Notes: generated by a model from the letters alone, not told the origin. Counted from the stretch's first letter, positions 10,062-19,841 are shown. The stretch is 64,000 nucleotides of DNA from an uncultured virus (IMG/VR IMGVR_UViG_3300036398_005783) (IMGVR_UViG_3300036398_005783), one strand, 5' to 3'. Translations and numbers: made by a program.

Positions 10062-10688
10062 TTAATGAAGTTCTAAACATTCTTCTCTTTCTACAACCTT
10101 TGATGGATTAGTTCCTAAGAAATCCCACCAACCATTCCAACCTTTACCTAAATAAAATTGTTGAGGAGTTGCAGGGATATTTTGAGGTTTCCTCCCGCTT
10201 TTAACAAATGCAACCCATTCCTTTTGGCTTTTCAAGTTCTGATTACGAGCAAATACTCTCGCTTCTTCAAATGGTATGTGCTTATTGGCTTTCAGTTCAG
10301 AAGTTCCTAAAAAATCTATCCAACTTACCCAACCTTTACCTACATATGTTTGATAAGGATTCGTAGGGATATGTGGAGGCAATGCTTTTGTTTTAGCGTA
10401 TGCACGCCATTCTTCAACGCCTTTAAATCCAAGTGTATGTGCATATGCCCTTGCTTCTTCATAGGAAACATATTCCCTATTAAATGTTGCAAGGGTATTA
10501 GTTCCTAAAAAATCTCCCCAACCTTGCCAACCTACATTCTTGTATGTCCAGTTAGGAGTTGCAGGGATATTCTGGGGTTTATTTCCGCTTTTAGAGAATG
10601 CAACCCATTCCTTTTGAGTTTTCAAGTTCTTAGTATGAGCAAATGCTCTCGCTTCTTCAAATGATACATATTCTTGACGGATTGGCAT
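10062..10688 (-). CDS. protein made of three 'phage-integrase repeat unit'-like repeats, no catalytic domain
   Basis: Three copies of FEEAR.FA...LK.QKEW...P.NIPATP...Y...GW..W.DFLGT. Confidence 0.7.
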   Translation of the reverse strand: MPIRQEYVSFEEARAFAHTKNLKTQKEWVAFSKSGNKPQNIPATPNWTYKNVGWQGWGDFLGTNTLATFNREYVSYEEARAYAHTLGFKGVEEWRAYAKTKALPPHIPTNPYQTYVGKGWVSWIDFLGTSELKANKHIPFEEARVFARNQNLKSQKEWVAFVKSGRKPQNIPATPQQFYLGKGWNGWWDFLGTNPSKVVEREECLELH

Positions 10689-10781
10689 AATAGTGTTCCC
10701 GATGAGTAATATAAACTATAACAATACAAAGATAATAAAAATGGGTGAGATATACAAGGGATTTTTGAGATAGGTGAAACT

Positions 10782-11393
10782 TTAAGATACAAGAGCCGAT
10801 TTCAAATCATGCATCTTAATAATTTTAATCATTTCTGGATTATTAGTTTTTTCCACTTCTTTTAAGACTGTTCGTTTCTTTTTATCTTTCAAATTTACAT
10901 CAGCCCCAGCATTTAAAAGCATCTGAGCAATTTTTATATCCTCTTTCCATATAGCCGAATGTAATGCTGTTTGACCAATTTCCATTTCTTGTATATTTAC
11001 ATCAGCCCCAGCATCTAACAGTATTTTACAAACATCAATATCCCCTCTACTTTCAGCCCAGTGTAATGCTGTTCGACCAAATTTATCTTGCATATTGACA
11101 TTCACTTTAGCATTTATTAAAATTTCAAGAATTTCAATTTCTAAACTAGCATAATATATCAATGTGAAACCGAAATTATTCTTTATGTTTAAATCTATAC
11201 CTGTATGTATGATTGATTTTATTATTGTAGTGTTTCGTTCTTCTACAGCACTAAAAATTAAATCTTCAAGAGTTTCTTTTGTCAATTGTTCTAAATTCAT
11301 AGGTATTCCTATTTCAAGAAGAATTTCAATTGCAAGTATATTACCTGATAAAAGTGCTTCATACATTTTTTGATGTAATACTGATATATTCAT
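10782..11393 (-). CDS. ankyrin repeat protein
   Basis: GRTALHWA, GQTALHSA, LLDAGADVN. Confidence 0.9.
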   Translation of the reverse strand: MNISVLHQKMYEALLSGNILAIEILLEIGIPMNLEQLTKETLEDLIFSAVEERNTTIIKSIIHTGIDLNIKNNFGFTLIYYASLEIEILEILINAKVNVNMQDKFGRTALHWAESRGDIDVCKILLDAGADVNIQEMEIGQTALHSAIWKEDIKIAQMLLNAGADVNLKDKKKRTVLKEVEKTNNPEMIKIIKMHDLKSALVS

Positions 11394-11499
11394 ATCCTAT
11401 CTCATTATTTTGAATTTATACAAAGATAATAAAAGTGGGTGAGATATACAAGGGTTTTTTGAGATAGGTAGGAAATGTAAATTGGTAAAAATAAACCCC

Positions 11500-13152
11500 C
11501 TAATATTCATATGGGGGTTTCGGATTTCTTGGGTTCAATAATGTTTTCAGAACATCAGTCTTTGCAAGTTCGTAGGGGGTTTTACCTTCATTATCCCGAA
11601 TATCCTTTATAGCCCCACCATCTATTAGGATTCTTACTATTTCTTCTTTTCCATTTCTTGCAGCTTCATGTAAAGGCGTTCTGCCTGACTGATCTTTCAA
11701 ATTCAAATCTGCCCTAGCATCTACAAGCATTTGGACTACTTTTTCTTTTCCATAATATGCAACTAAATGCAAAGGTGTGTTCATTTGAAAATTCTGAATA
11801 TCTAAATTACAATCAGCATCAATTAAAACTTTAATGATTTCTTCAGATTTACTATTACCAGAAAAAGCAGATTGTTGACAAGCAATATACAATGGTGTCT
11901 GATGATCATTATCATACAAATCTACATCTGCCCCTGAATCAACAAGCATTTTAACAATAGCTAATGCCTCATCTGATGTATTTCGTGATGCTATAAATAA
12001 AGGGGTTTCCCCTTCAATATTTTTTTTGTTTATACCTGCACCAGCTTCAATTAACAATTTACAAATCTCCCATTTCTCCCACCATGAAGCAAAATGTAAA
12101 GGTGTCTGATCCCATTTATTTTTTACATTCACTTCCGCCCCAGCTTCAAGTAATAATTTAACAATTTCTATATTTCCTAAATCCGATGCTAAATGTAATG
12201 GAGTTCTTTTTTGAAGATGTTCTTGGGGGTTCAAATCAGCACCTAAATCTATAAGGAGTTCAGCTATTTTCACATTATCTAATAAACTTACCAAATGCAA
12301 AGGAGTAATGTAATACATATCATCACCGAGGTCTTGTAAAAACACTGGGAACTTACCATTTATATCAAATTCAGGATTTGTAATGATTTCTTCGGCTTTT
12401 TTTGTGTTTTTCTCTCGAATTGCATTTTCAAAATCTTTATGCATTCTTTCAGATGAAGTTAGTTCGCTTGGATTAGAAACAAATAAATCCTCATCTAATC
12501 CACTTAAACTTAAAATAAAATCAAAATCTATTATCCCATCAGTTGCATCTCTGCATTCTTTCGTACCATCTAAATGCACAGATACCGCCATCTTATAATG
12601 AGGATTTGAAATATCTAAATTCTTCATAATTACAAAATAATGCGTTACCTCATCTATTCTATATTGATTATAAAATACATCGTCCTCCCCCGTTATACAC
12701 CATTTAGTCCCTGATCCGTATTTACAAACTGCCTCACGACTTCTTGGGATAATAACCAATACTGTATCATCTTCATAAACTATATCTACATCCCCTAATT
12801 TTTCTTTATATTCCTTTTTAGCTACATATGTTGATTGAGCCGTTTGAGTAACTGATTCAAGTTCTCCTAATGACTTGTATCTTGATATGTCGGGATTCTT
12901 TACTTGATTCTTTTGAACTAATACATCAAAGTCTTTGAAAACTTGTCCTAATGTTGAAATTGAAGGAGATTCATTAATATAAAACTCAACCATCTTTTCA
13001 ATGTATTTGAAAGTTTTAGAGGGGTCTAATCCCTTAATGGTATCAAAATCTTCTTGGGAAATCAGCCCTCGTTTCAAATACAAGTTTCTTGCACTTGCAA
13101 GTGATTCATTTAAACTATTTGTAAATTCTTCAAAAAGTTTAATGTATTTCAT
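11500..13152 (-). CDS. tagged ankyrin repeat protein with an N-terminal YGSGTKWCIT domain
   Basis: MKYIKLFEEF tag; about 8 TPLH repeats in the C-terminal half. Confidence 0.9.
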   Translation of the reverse strand: MKYIKLFEEFTNSLNESLASARNLYLKRGLISQEDFDTIKGLDPSKTFKYIEKMVEFYINESPSISTLGQVFKDFDVLVQKNQVKNPDISRYKSLGELESVTQTAQSTYVAKKEYKEKLGDVDIVYEDDTVLVIIPRSREAVCKYGSGTKWCITGEDDVFYNQYRIDEVTHYFVIMKNLDISNPHYKMAVSVHLDGTKECRDATDGIIDFDFILSLSGLDEDLFVSNPSELTSSERMHKDFENAIREKNTKKAEEIITNPEFDINGKFPVFLQDLGDDMYYITPLHLVSLLDNVKIAELLIDLGADLNPQEHLQKRTPLHLASDLGNIEIVKLLLEAGAEVNVKNKWDQTPLHFASWWEKWEICKLLIEAGAGINKKNIEGETPLFIASRNTSDEALAIVKMLVDSGADVDLYDNDHQTPLYIACQQSAFSGNSKSEEIIKVLIDADCNLDIQNFQMNTPLHLVAYYGKEKVVQMLVDARADLNLKDQSGRTPLHEAARNGKEEIVRILIDGGAIKDIRDNEGKTPYELAKTDVLKTLLNPRNPKPPYEY

Positions 13153-13223
13153 GGTCTTAATAGATTTTTAAGTTCTTCAGTCTTTGCAAAATCGTAGGGG
13201 GTATTACCTTCATTATCACGAAT
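13149..13223 (-). pseudogene. 3' remnant of a deleted ankyrin gene
   Basis: Translates IRDNEGNTPYDFAKTEELKNLLRP*, near-identical to the C-terminus of 11500-13152; its TGA overlaps the next ATG. Confidence 0.65.
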
Positions 13224-13252
13224 GCATTGTAAACTTGACATTTAGATTATTT

Positions 13253-13540
13253 TTACCATTGGCTATTATTCCATTCATCTTCTTCGTATCTATCATTATC
13301 CCATTCACCACTCCGTTTGTATGAAATAGATTTAGCTCTTTCGGTTGCAATCTCGTTAGCATAATCGCTCGCATATCCTCTTAATGTATCAGCACTTTCT
13401 CCGCCTTCTAAATTAAAATCCATTAATTCTAAACTGCTAAGGCGTTCTATTCCAAATTCTTCTAAATAGTCATTTAGTATTTCTTCTGATTCTTTTTTTG
13501 AAGAAGTTGTCCAATTCTCAAAAAGTTTAATATACTTCAT
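13253..13540 (-). CDS. small acidic protein with MKYIKLFENW tag
   Basis: Tag plus GATATATA at 13564. Confidence 0.7.
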   Translation of the reverse strand: MKYIKLFENWTTSSKKESEEILNDYLEEFGIERLSSLELMDFNLEGGESADTLRGYASDYANEIATERAKSISYKRSGEWDNDRYEEDEWNNSQW

Positions 13541-13711
13541 ATACATTTGTTTTTATTTTAATCTATATATCAAAATCCTTACTATAATTCAATCTCTCTT
13601 TGGATTCAGTATGATACAACACTATTTTCATTTCGGTAAGGTTTTGATTATAGTATCAAAGAAGAAATGAATCAATCTTATTATCAGGGATTAAAGTTTT
13701 GATATGGTGAA

Positions 13712-14029
13712 TTACCAAATGACCACTTTTGGATTATCTATATGGATATTAAATACCCTTTCATAACTCTTTCTATATTCATAAGGCATATATATAACCA
13801 TATCACAGGTCTTTATCCAAAATATTATCATTTCTATTACTATTCTTAAACTCTTATTGGATTTAAGAGATCCGCTTAATTGTAATCCTTCTGAGGTTTC
13901 ATAACTTATATTTGCTCCTTCATTTGATTTGGAAATCTTAATATGAAAGCACTCTCCATCTTTAGTAATTACTGATGGCAATAATTTTTCAAATAAGTAT
14001 TCAGTTGATAGATTTTGTAACTCGTTCAT
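13712..14029 (-). CDS. hypothetical protein
   Basis: ORF; GATATATA at 14061. Confidence 0.6.
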   Translation of the reverse strand: MNELQNLSTEYLFEKLLPSVITKDGECFHIKISKSNEGANISYETSEGLQLSGSLKSNKSLRIVIEMIIFWIKTCDMVIYMPYEYRKSYERVFNIHIDNPKVVIW

Positions 14030-14120
14030 TTCTTGGGGGATTAAAAGTGATTATATGTTCTATATATCCCAAATAATATGGGGCTAAATCCGATACACGA
14101 GTTCAGCCCTTTTCTATGGT

Positions 14121-14912
14121 TTATTGCATTATAGTAAGTATTTCGGTTCGATTAAGTTCTTGGGCTAATTGTATGGGCGTTTTTCCATAATGATTTTCTA
14201 TATGTGGATTTGCTCCTCTTTTCAAGAGAGCATTTGCTATCCTTTTATGATTTAAGCGTATGGCTATGAAAAGTGGTGTTTCTCCTAATAGGTCTGGCGT
14301 ATTAAGGTTTGCTCCTCCTTTTAAGAGGAGTTGGGTTAGTTTTAGTGATTTTCTTTCTGTGGTAAGATGTAGGAGAGTATTACCACCATTGATGATTTCA
14401 TTAGGATTGGCTCCTTTATCAAGGAGTTCTTTTGTTATTTGAATAGCATAATATTTAATAGCTGTATGTAGTGGTGATTTACCAAATCTATCTATGAGAT
14501 TAGGGTTTGCTCCGAGTTCAAGGAGTTCTTTGGCTAATTTAGGTTTTTTGAAAAATATGGAATGATAGAGTGGTGTTCTTTTGTCTTCGTCTTTGAAATT
14601 AGGATTCATTCCCATAGCGATAAGGGATTTTATGGCTAAGGTATTTTTGCTTTTGATGGCTTTGAGCATTATTTCATTAGGGGATAAAGTGAATAGATTG
14701 GATTTTTCGGATTGTTTAGATCTCCTTTCTATTTCTTCTTTCATTATAGCTGCAGCAATTTTGGCTTCTTCTACTCTTTTATGAGTTTCTGAGCATTCTT
14801 CAGATAGTCTTTTCCCCATTTCATGTAAGATGGCTTTTTGGACATGGATGAGTGTATCTTGTATGTCTGTTTCTTGTTTTTCTCTTTTAAATAGGTTGAA
14901 TAGGTTTTTCAT
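14121..14912 (-). CDS. ankyrin repeat protein with coiled-coil N-terminus
   Basis: RTPLY, GKSPLH, GETPLF, LL..GANPN repeats. Confidence 0.9.
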   Translation of the reverse strand: MKNLFNLFKREKQETDIQDTLIHVQKAILHEMGKRLSEECSETHKRVEEAKIAAAIMKEEIERRSKQSEKSNLFTLSPNEIMLKAIKSKNTLAIKSLIAMGMNPNFKDEDKRTPLYHSIFFKKPKLAKELLELGANPNLIDRFGKSPLHTAIKYYAIQITKELLDKGANPNEIINGGNTLLHLTTERKSLKLTQLLLKGGANLNTPDLLGETPLFIAIRLNHKRIANALLKRGANPHIENHYGKTPIQLAQELNRTEILTIMQ

Positions 14913-14977
14913 AGTGTTTTTATTGATTATAGTAATATTGTCAGATTTGTTCTGACTTGGATGCTATGTAATGTAAT

Positions 14978-15250
14978 TTATTCATGGTTGCTTCCGTAGG
15001 TTTCTTGGTAATATTCTTCTGCTTTTGTTAAATCCCCATGTACACTAAATGGGGTTTCAATGCTATTACCTCTTACATGTGCTTTCTTTATTTGCATTTT
15101 TTCCATTTCCTTTGCTTCGAAAACTAATGCATCTATCCTTTGCATTTTTGGGTCAGGCGCAATGCCTGTAATTCCATAGCGTTCTATTGGATCCTTTATA
15201 AAAGGTTCTAGTGCTTGCATCAGCCACTCTACAGATGTCTGGTTGTTCAT
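14978..15250 (-). CDS. QT(A/S)VEWL...YGGDHE family small protein
   Basis: NQTSVEWL...AKEMEK.QI...YYQETYGSNHE. Confidence 0.75.
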   Translation of the reverse strand: MNNQTSVEWLMQALEPFIKDPIERYGITGIAPDPKMQRIDALVFEAKEMEKMQIKKAHVRGNSIETPFSVHGDLTKAEEYYQETYGSNHE

Positions 15251-15639
15251 TTTGTCTCCATAAGGTTTGATTGCAATAGTTCGGAATTTTCATAGATATT
15301 TCCAATCACTTGAGGATTAAGTGGGATTTCTTGGAGTTTGGCTAATCTTCCCCATAGGGACTTATCGGGATTGAGGAGAACATACTCACAGCCCCTAAAG
15401 GCGACTTCATAGGTGTTGGGGTCTTCAGATAGGGAGAGTATATCACCTTCGTAGATTTCCTTGCCATTGGAATCCAAAAGACCTGTGAATTGCATAAGAA
15501 TTTCATCGTGGCAAGCTATAGCATCATTTAAATACACAGATGCTGTTGAGTAACCATCTCTTCCATCGGAGACTGCGGGTTCTAAGACCATTTTCTTTCT
15601 AAAGGGATCCCATTCTCTAAATTTTAGTTCTCTATTCAT
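15247..15639 (-). CDS. YopX family protein
   Basis: RELKFREWD...LMQFTGLLDSNGKEIYEGDI...VIGNIYEN. Confidence 0.9.
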   Translation of the reverse strand: MNRELKFREWDPFRKKMVLEPAVSDGRDGYSTASVYLNDAIACHDEILMQFTGLLDSNGKEIYEGDILSLSEDPNTYEVAFRGCEYVLLNPDKSLWGRLAKLQEIPLNPQVIGNIYENSELLQSNLMETK

Positions 15640-16358
15640 GAGGTAGCCATATTATAAGTAAATAAACGCTCAACTGGATTATAAGTTTTAGTTGTATTCA
15701 TCGCATTGGTAATAGTTTTTGACCATAAGCATATAAAGTCTTCAGGTGCTTCGTATTCTGAAATAAACACTTTGTGTCCATTTCTGCTCATTTCTCTACA
15801 CCATTCCCAAAATTTATCATGATCAAAATCCTTAGAAGTGGAATATTGCTTTGTATTCTTATATGGAATATCACAATATATTATTGAATTAGGTGGTATT
15901 TGAATAGTATCATATTCACCATACTGAAATTGAATCCCATCTATTAGTGGAATTTGTTTTTCTGTATTTCTGATTTGCTCATCAATATAGTTTCTTCTTT
16001 CAGTTTTACCACTATATCCACCATCAAAGAATCTACCTTTGAATGATCCCATAAATCCAATCCAACCAATCATAAAATCATCAAATTCATTGTTTATATT
16101 ATTTCGGAATTCTATGCGGGCTTTTGAATATAGTTCTTTTGAGATTTCTTTAGGTCTTTCTCTATTTTCTTGCAGACCTTTCCACATTGCAATCAAATAC
16201 CTATTGTTATCGCTTCCTATTCTATATCCCCCCACTTTATCTAAAGTCCCTAAACCACCGCAAAAAGGTTCTACATACCATTGGCTATCCTCTCTATCTT
16301 TTAGAATGATAGGAAGTATATCTTTGGCTATTCTATTTTTTGAACCCATATACACCAT
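15636..16358 (-). CDS. Dam-like DNA adenine methyltransferase
   Basis: YMGSK, YVEPFCGG, IYCDIPY. Confidence 0.88.
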   Translation of the reverse strand: MVYMGSKNRIAKDILPIILKDREDSQWYVEPFCGGLGTLDKVGGYRIGSDNNRYLIAMWKGLQENRERPKEISKELYSKARIEFRNNINNEFDDFMIGWIGFMGSFKGRFFDGGYSGKTERRNYIDEQIRNTEKQIPLIDGIQFQYGEYDTIQIPPNSIIYCDIPYKNTKQYSTSKDFDHDKFWEWCREMSRNGHKVFISEYEAPEDFICLWSKTITNAMNTTKTYNPVERLFTYNMATS

Positions 16359-16360
16359 AC

Positions 16361-16702
16361 TTATTCTGGAACTCCGTTTGCTCTGGATTCTAATATACTC
16401 ATATAATCATTGAGTTCTTTGATATAGTTTTTAAGTTGCAAGTAATCGTGATAAGGGATACTTTCTTTTGTATCCGTAGGATATTTAGAGCAATGTTCTA
16501 TTTGAGTATTAATCTGTTCTGATTGTTTTGTAATATCAGCACAAATATTTTGAATAGTTAGCAGATGCACTGGTGTGATATATTCACGGAGTTCTTCGCC
16601 TAATTGTTGAAGTTTGGCATTTCTTGATGCTGTTGTTTTTTCAATATACTCTTCACGAGAAGTATAACCCATAGGGATCATTGTATTAGAGTTGTTCATC
16701 AT
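16361..16702 (-). CDS. hypothetical protein
   Basis: ORF with TAGGA RBS. Confidence 0.6.
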   Translation of the reverse strand: MMNNSNTMIPMGYTSREEYIEKTTASRNAKLQQLGEELREYITPVHLLTIQNICADITKQSEQINTQIEHCSKYPTDTKESIPYHDYLQLKNYIKELNDYMSILESRANGVPE

Positions 16703-16893
16703 TGTATTTCCTATATGATTGAAAGTAATAATCAGTTAAATACTTGAATTTGTGATAATTTTACCCAATCGGGTATAATTAACGAATACATCTTTTGATT
16801 TATACCCCATCGGGTATTGGGTGATTATGAGAATATTGCTACATAAAAATGATATTCTGACAATTAAACTTGATATTTGTAGTTAGGATTTAG

Positions 16894-17030
16894 TAGTCAT
16901 GATAGGATTTGAACCTATATGGTGATTGAGAACTGACTTACTCTGCTATTATTCTGAACTTTGGGTTCAAGGAGTTACACCTTTCAGCAAAATCACCGCA
17001 GCTGCGTCTAACCATTTCCGCCACATGACT
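16894..17030 (-). ncRNA. tRNA-like element 1 (137 nt, no anticodon arm)
   Basis: AGTCATG/CATGACT-A acceptor, D arm GGCGGAAATGGTTAGACGC, T arm ATAGG-TTCAAAT-CCTAT; long insert closed by GGTGATT/AATCACC. Confidence 0.75.
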
Positions 17031-17092
17031 AACCATCGTTTTTATATATTTAGTAATTTGTCTTTTACCCATTATATCTTCAAAAGAATAAA

Positions 17093-17821
17093 TTAATCTC
17101 TAAACCAATCAATCATTTTATCGTAGAGGGCACCGCCATGATTGATTATGCCATAGTCTTTGCTTTCTTGGAAAGAATCATTGGACATTTCTTCCATTTG
17201 CTTTTGAAAGGCATTCATTTCTTTATTCTTTGGTTGAATGTTAGACTGTCTTTGATGGAGTAAATCCCACCATTCTTCAGAATCTATGTAGCTATAATCT
17301 GGTTCTATTCGGATTTCTCCAGCATCATAACCCAAAAGAATTTTGGCAGGGAGTCCATAATACCATATCTTTCTACCGATTTCTTTTTGGGGGTTGACAA
17401 AATCAAACGGATGTTCTGACATAGTTTCAATTTTAACTTGAGCGGTAGCTAAAGCACCAGAGAGTTCTCTATGATGAAATTTATAGACTTCTTTACCATT
17501 TGCGGTGATTGTGCAAATACCTCCGTTACTGATTCTATATTCATCCCACTTATGCTTAGTAGAATTGAATTGCTGATATTGCACACCCCAGCAGACTCTA
17601 TGGACTCCTTTATCAATATAAGGGACTAATCCTTGTTGACCAGGATAATCCAACCACCACTGGTCAGGGCAACCATTGTCCTTTCCTAATTCGTGTTCGT
17701 AACCTTCTATTGAATAGACATTATGGATTTCATTTCTGATTTGGATTTGGAATATCTCTCTGACATTATCCTCTCCAAACTTTTTCTTTGCTTCTTCAAG
17801 CGTGAAATATTTTTCTGTCAT
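17093..17821 (-). CDS. hypothetical protein
   Basis: 242-aa ORF directly downstream of tRNA-like element 2. Confidence 0.8.
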   Translation of the reverse strand: MTEKYFTLEEAKKKFGEDNVREIFQIQIRNEIHNVYSIEGYEHELGKDNGCPDQWWLDYPGQQGLVPYIDKGVHRVCWGVQYQQFNSTKHKWDEYRISNGGICTITANGKEVYKFHHRELSGALATAQVKIETMSEHPFDFVNPQKEIGRKIWYYGLPAKILLGYDAGEIRIEPDYSYIDSEEWWDLLHQRQSNIQPKNKEMNAFQKQMEEMSNDSFQESKDYGIINHGGALYDKMIDWFRD

Positions 17822-17844
17822 AACTCTTCTTTATTATTAATTTG

Positions 17845-17956
17845 TAGTCAGGACAGGACTCGAACCTGCATTTGTGGAACACCATTTCCAACGTCTGAAT
17901 CGAACAGAACCAATCAACCCTCCACGGGCAGCGTCTACCAATTCCGCCACCTGACT
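17845..17956 (-). ncRNA. tRNA-like element 2 (112 nt)
   Basis: AGTCAGG/CCTGACT-ACA, D arm GGCGGAATTGGTAGACGC, T arm GCAGG-TTCGAGT-CCTGT; three-hairpin insert. Confidence 0.78.
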
Positions 17957-17994
17957 ATATTGTATTTGCGAAGTTTTATATCGTGTATATGGGA

Positions 17995-18475
17995 GTTATA
18001 AACAATTTATTAAAAAACCACATCTTCTGTAAAAATTAAACAACCAAAATCATCAATAACTTCATAAGGAAATACCGATTTCAAGATTGTATCAAAAACT
18101 ATGTAATCTTTACCGATTGATAAATCATGTTTTATACTATTTTCAACATTTGGATGAGATTTGTATTCATTTAACTTACATGTTTTTTTATAGAAAGAAA
18201 TCTTTTCACCACTTTCAAATGATAAATGAAACCCCTCAATGTCACCTAACTTATTCAAATCTTCTGAAATTATAGGAATGATTATGAAGTTATTATACCC
18301 ATTATTTTTTAGTATTTCTTTGATATTACTACCATTGAATTTACAACTTGAAATAAGTCTTTTAATTTTTTCCATATTTTAATAAACAGTTTATAACAAG
18401 GTATATGTGAAATACCTTATAAAGTTTCTACTAATTTTTAAGTTCTGTTGTAAGGTACTTCACATATACCCAACC
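17995..18475 (+). mobile_element. integron-like gene cassette (antisense ORF 18010-18375)
   Basis: Begins GTTATAAAC (17995); complementary GTTTATAAC at 18389-18397, then an attC-like hairpin. Confidence 0.65.
18010..18375 (-). CDS. hypothetical cassette protein
   Basis: ORF fills the cassette. Confidence 0.7.
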   Translation of the reverse strand: MEKIKRLISSCKFNGSNIKEILKNNGYNNFIIIPIISEDLNKLGDIEGFHLSFESGEKISFYKKTCKLNEYKSHPNVENSIKHDLSIGKDYIVFDTILKSVFPYEVIDDFGCLIFTEDVVF

Positions 18476-18485
18476 GTTATGTGCC
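18391..18485 (+). repeat. attC-like site
   Basis: TAAC-AA-GGTATATGTGAAATACCTTA ... TAAGGTACTTCACATATACC-CAACC-GTTA; very similar copy at 28154-28243. Confidence 0.75.
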
Positions 18486-18493
18486 ATTAAAGA

Positions 18494-18607
18494 CTACCTA
18501 TAATTCCAACCAACGGCTACACCACATAAAAAGACCCATAACCAAGCTAAGTTCCATTGCCAGTCTTTGTATTTAAACTCTCCGTGTTTTGTTTTAATTG
18601 TTACCAT
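18494..18607 (-). CDS. 37-aa hydrophobic cassette peptide
   Basis: MVTIKTKHGEFKYKDWQWNLAWLWVFLCGVAVGWNYR; lies between GTTATGTGCC (18476) and GGCACATAAC (18623). Confidence 0.5.
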   Translation of the reverse strand: MVTIKTKHGEFKYKDWQWNLAWLWVFLCGVAVGWNYR

Positions 18608-18625
18608 TTTGATAAGATTAACGGC

Positions 18626-18721
18626 ACATAACAAGGGCTTTGCGTAATAGCCATATCAAGTGTCGTGGTTAATTTTAAGTTTATACTAAGGGCTACTACG
18701 CAAAGCCCTGAACCGTTATGC
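18626..18721 (+). repeat. attC-like site
   Basis: ACATAAC-A-AGGGCTTTGCGTAATAGCC ... GGCTACTACGCAAAGCCCT-GAACC-GTTATG. Confidence 0.78.
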
Positions 18722-18904
18722 GCCATTTTGGGAAAACCACTCTTGAAACAACTTTTCCAGTTCTTCACAGTCATATACAGTCTCATCGCTTTCTCCCATA
18801 GTTACTGTCCAATTTTCACTTGAATGCCTTGTGTATCTGTTTAGTTCGCTTTCATCTGTTTCAACATAAAAAACGATTGACCTTGTTGCATTTGTAATTT
18901 TCAT
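18716..18904 (-). CDS. hypothetical protein
   Basis: Start MKITNATRS chosen because the longer start overlaps tRNA-like element 3; stop codon is the TTA of the attC core. Confidence 0.65.
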   Translation of the reverse strand: MKITNATRSIVFYVETDESELNRYTRHSSENWTVTMGESDETVYDCEELEKLFQEWFSQNGA

Positions 18905-18926
18905 AAGTTTCTCTTGTTGTTGTTTG

Positions 18927-19004
18927 TAGTCAGGGCAGGACTCGAACCTGATAAGCAACCGTTTTAATGGACTTGGAACCTTTCCTCATTACGCCCACCT
19001 GACT
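18927..19004 (-). ncRNA. tRNA-like element 3 (78 nt, divergent D arm)
   Basis: AGTCAGG/CCTGACT-ACA, T arm CAGG-TTCGAGT-CCTG; no canonical anticodon stem-loop. Confidence 0.6.
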
Positions 19005-19016
19005 GTTCTCTTTGCC

Positions 19017-19265
19017 TTATTTAAGAGTTTCGCATATAGGCTCGCATCGCACTAATTCGCTCTCCTTTGGGAGCTCTTCAGGAGCGTATTTCTCGCCAAC
19101 ACCAATCGGGTCTTTGGTGTATGCTACAAGTTCTGCCATCGCTTTTTCAATGCTCTCAAAGGCAAATGATTTGCATCCCACCCTGACAAGGCATCCTCGG
19201 TCAAAGAATGTGATTTCAAGATTCCAGCGCTTTAGTTCATTGATTTGTTCTCTTGTGTGTGTCAT
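19017..19265 (-). CDS. hypothetical protein flanked by tRNA-like elements 3 and 4
   Basis: ORF. Confidence 0.7.
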   Translation of the reverse strand: MTHTREQINELKRWNLEITFFDRGCLVRVGCKSFAFESIEKAMAELVAYTKDPIGVGEKYAPEELPKESELVRCEPICETLK

Positions 19266-19302
19266 TTTTTTTTGGGTTTAGTTAATGATTTTTAATTGTT
19301 TG

Positions 19303-19473
19303 TAGTCAGGGCAGGACTCGAACCTGCATGCCATCTGTGGCTTTCTCTTCCATTTACGTTTGCAACCGTACCACAAGCGTTTTGCCACTCCTGTATAATG
19401 TCCGCTAACGTCTATCATACAATATTAACCTTGCGAGTTAATGTGTGCGTCTAACCAATTCCGCCACCTGACT
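19303..19473 (-). ncRNA. tRNA-like element 4 (171 nt, multi-hairpin insert)
   Basis: AGTCAGG/CCTGACT-ACA, D arm GGCGGAATTGGTTAGACGC, T arm GCAGG-TTCGAGT-CCTGC; own TATCTTTG promoter about 50 nt upstream. Confidence 0.78.
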
Positions 19474-19557
19474 TCCAAGCATTTTTTATCTATGAAGTGG
19501 TTCGCTTTCCACTTATTATCTTTTGCAAAGATACTTATATTATTCTGATTTTCCAAA

Positions 19558-19815
19558 TTAATTATTTTTAGTATTAACAATCCATTCTATAATCGGATTA
19601 AAACTTTGAGCATTCCAATAGTTTCCATTAAAATCAAAATATTCTTTAGTGGGATTGTAGGTGTATCTGAAGTGAACTTCTCCATCAGTTCTATTATGTC
19701 TTTCAAGTTTTTGAACAGAGAAATCCATTTGCATCAGTTCATTATTAAATCCATCATAATCAAACCAACCGTGACTATTAGAAAACTCATTTAATAAATC
19801 CCCTTTGTTATCCAT
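19558..19815 (-). CDS. hypothetical protein
   Basis: ORF with TAAGGA RBS; degraded copy of its 3' end at about 30325-30400. Confidence 0.7.
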   Translation of the reverse strand: MDNKGDLLNEFSNSHGWFDYDGFNNELMQMDFSVQKLERHNRTDGEVHFRYTYNPTKEYFDFNGNYWNAQSFNPIIEWIVNTKNN

Positions 19816-19841
19816 AGAATCGTTTCCTTAATATATTTGAA

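Noticed and set aside
10062..10688. Integrase for the cassette array
   Set aside because: Only repeat units are present; no tyrosine recombinase R-H-x-x-R-Y catalytic domain
17723..18786. ORFs 17723-18001 (+), 18087-18275 (+) and 18601-18786 (-)
   Set aside because: Shadow frames across a tRNA-like element, real genes and attC-like hairpins; no RBS
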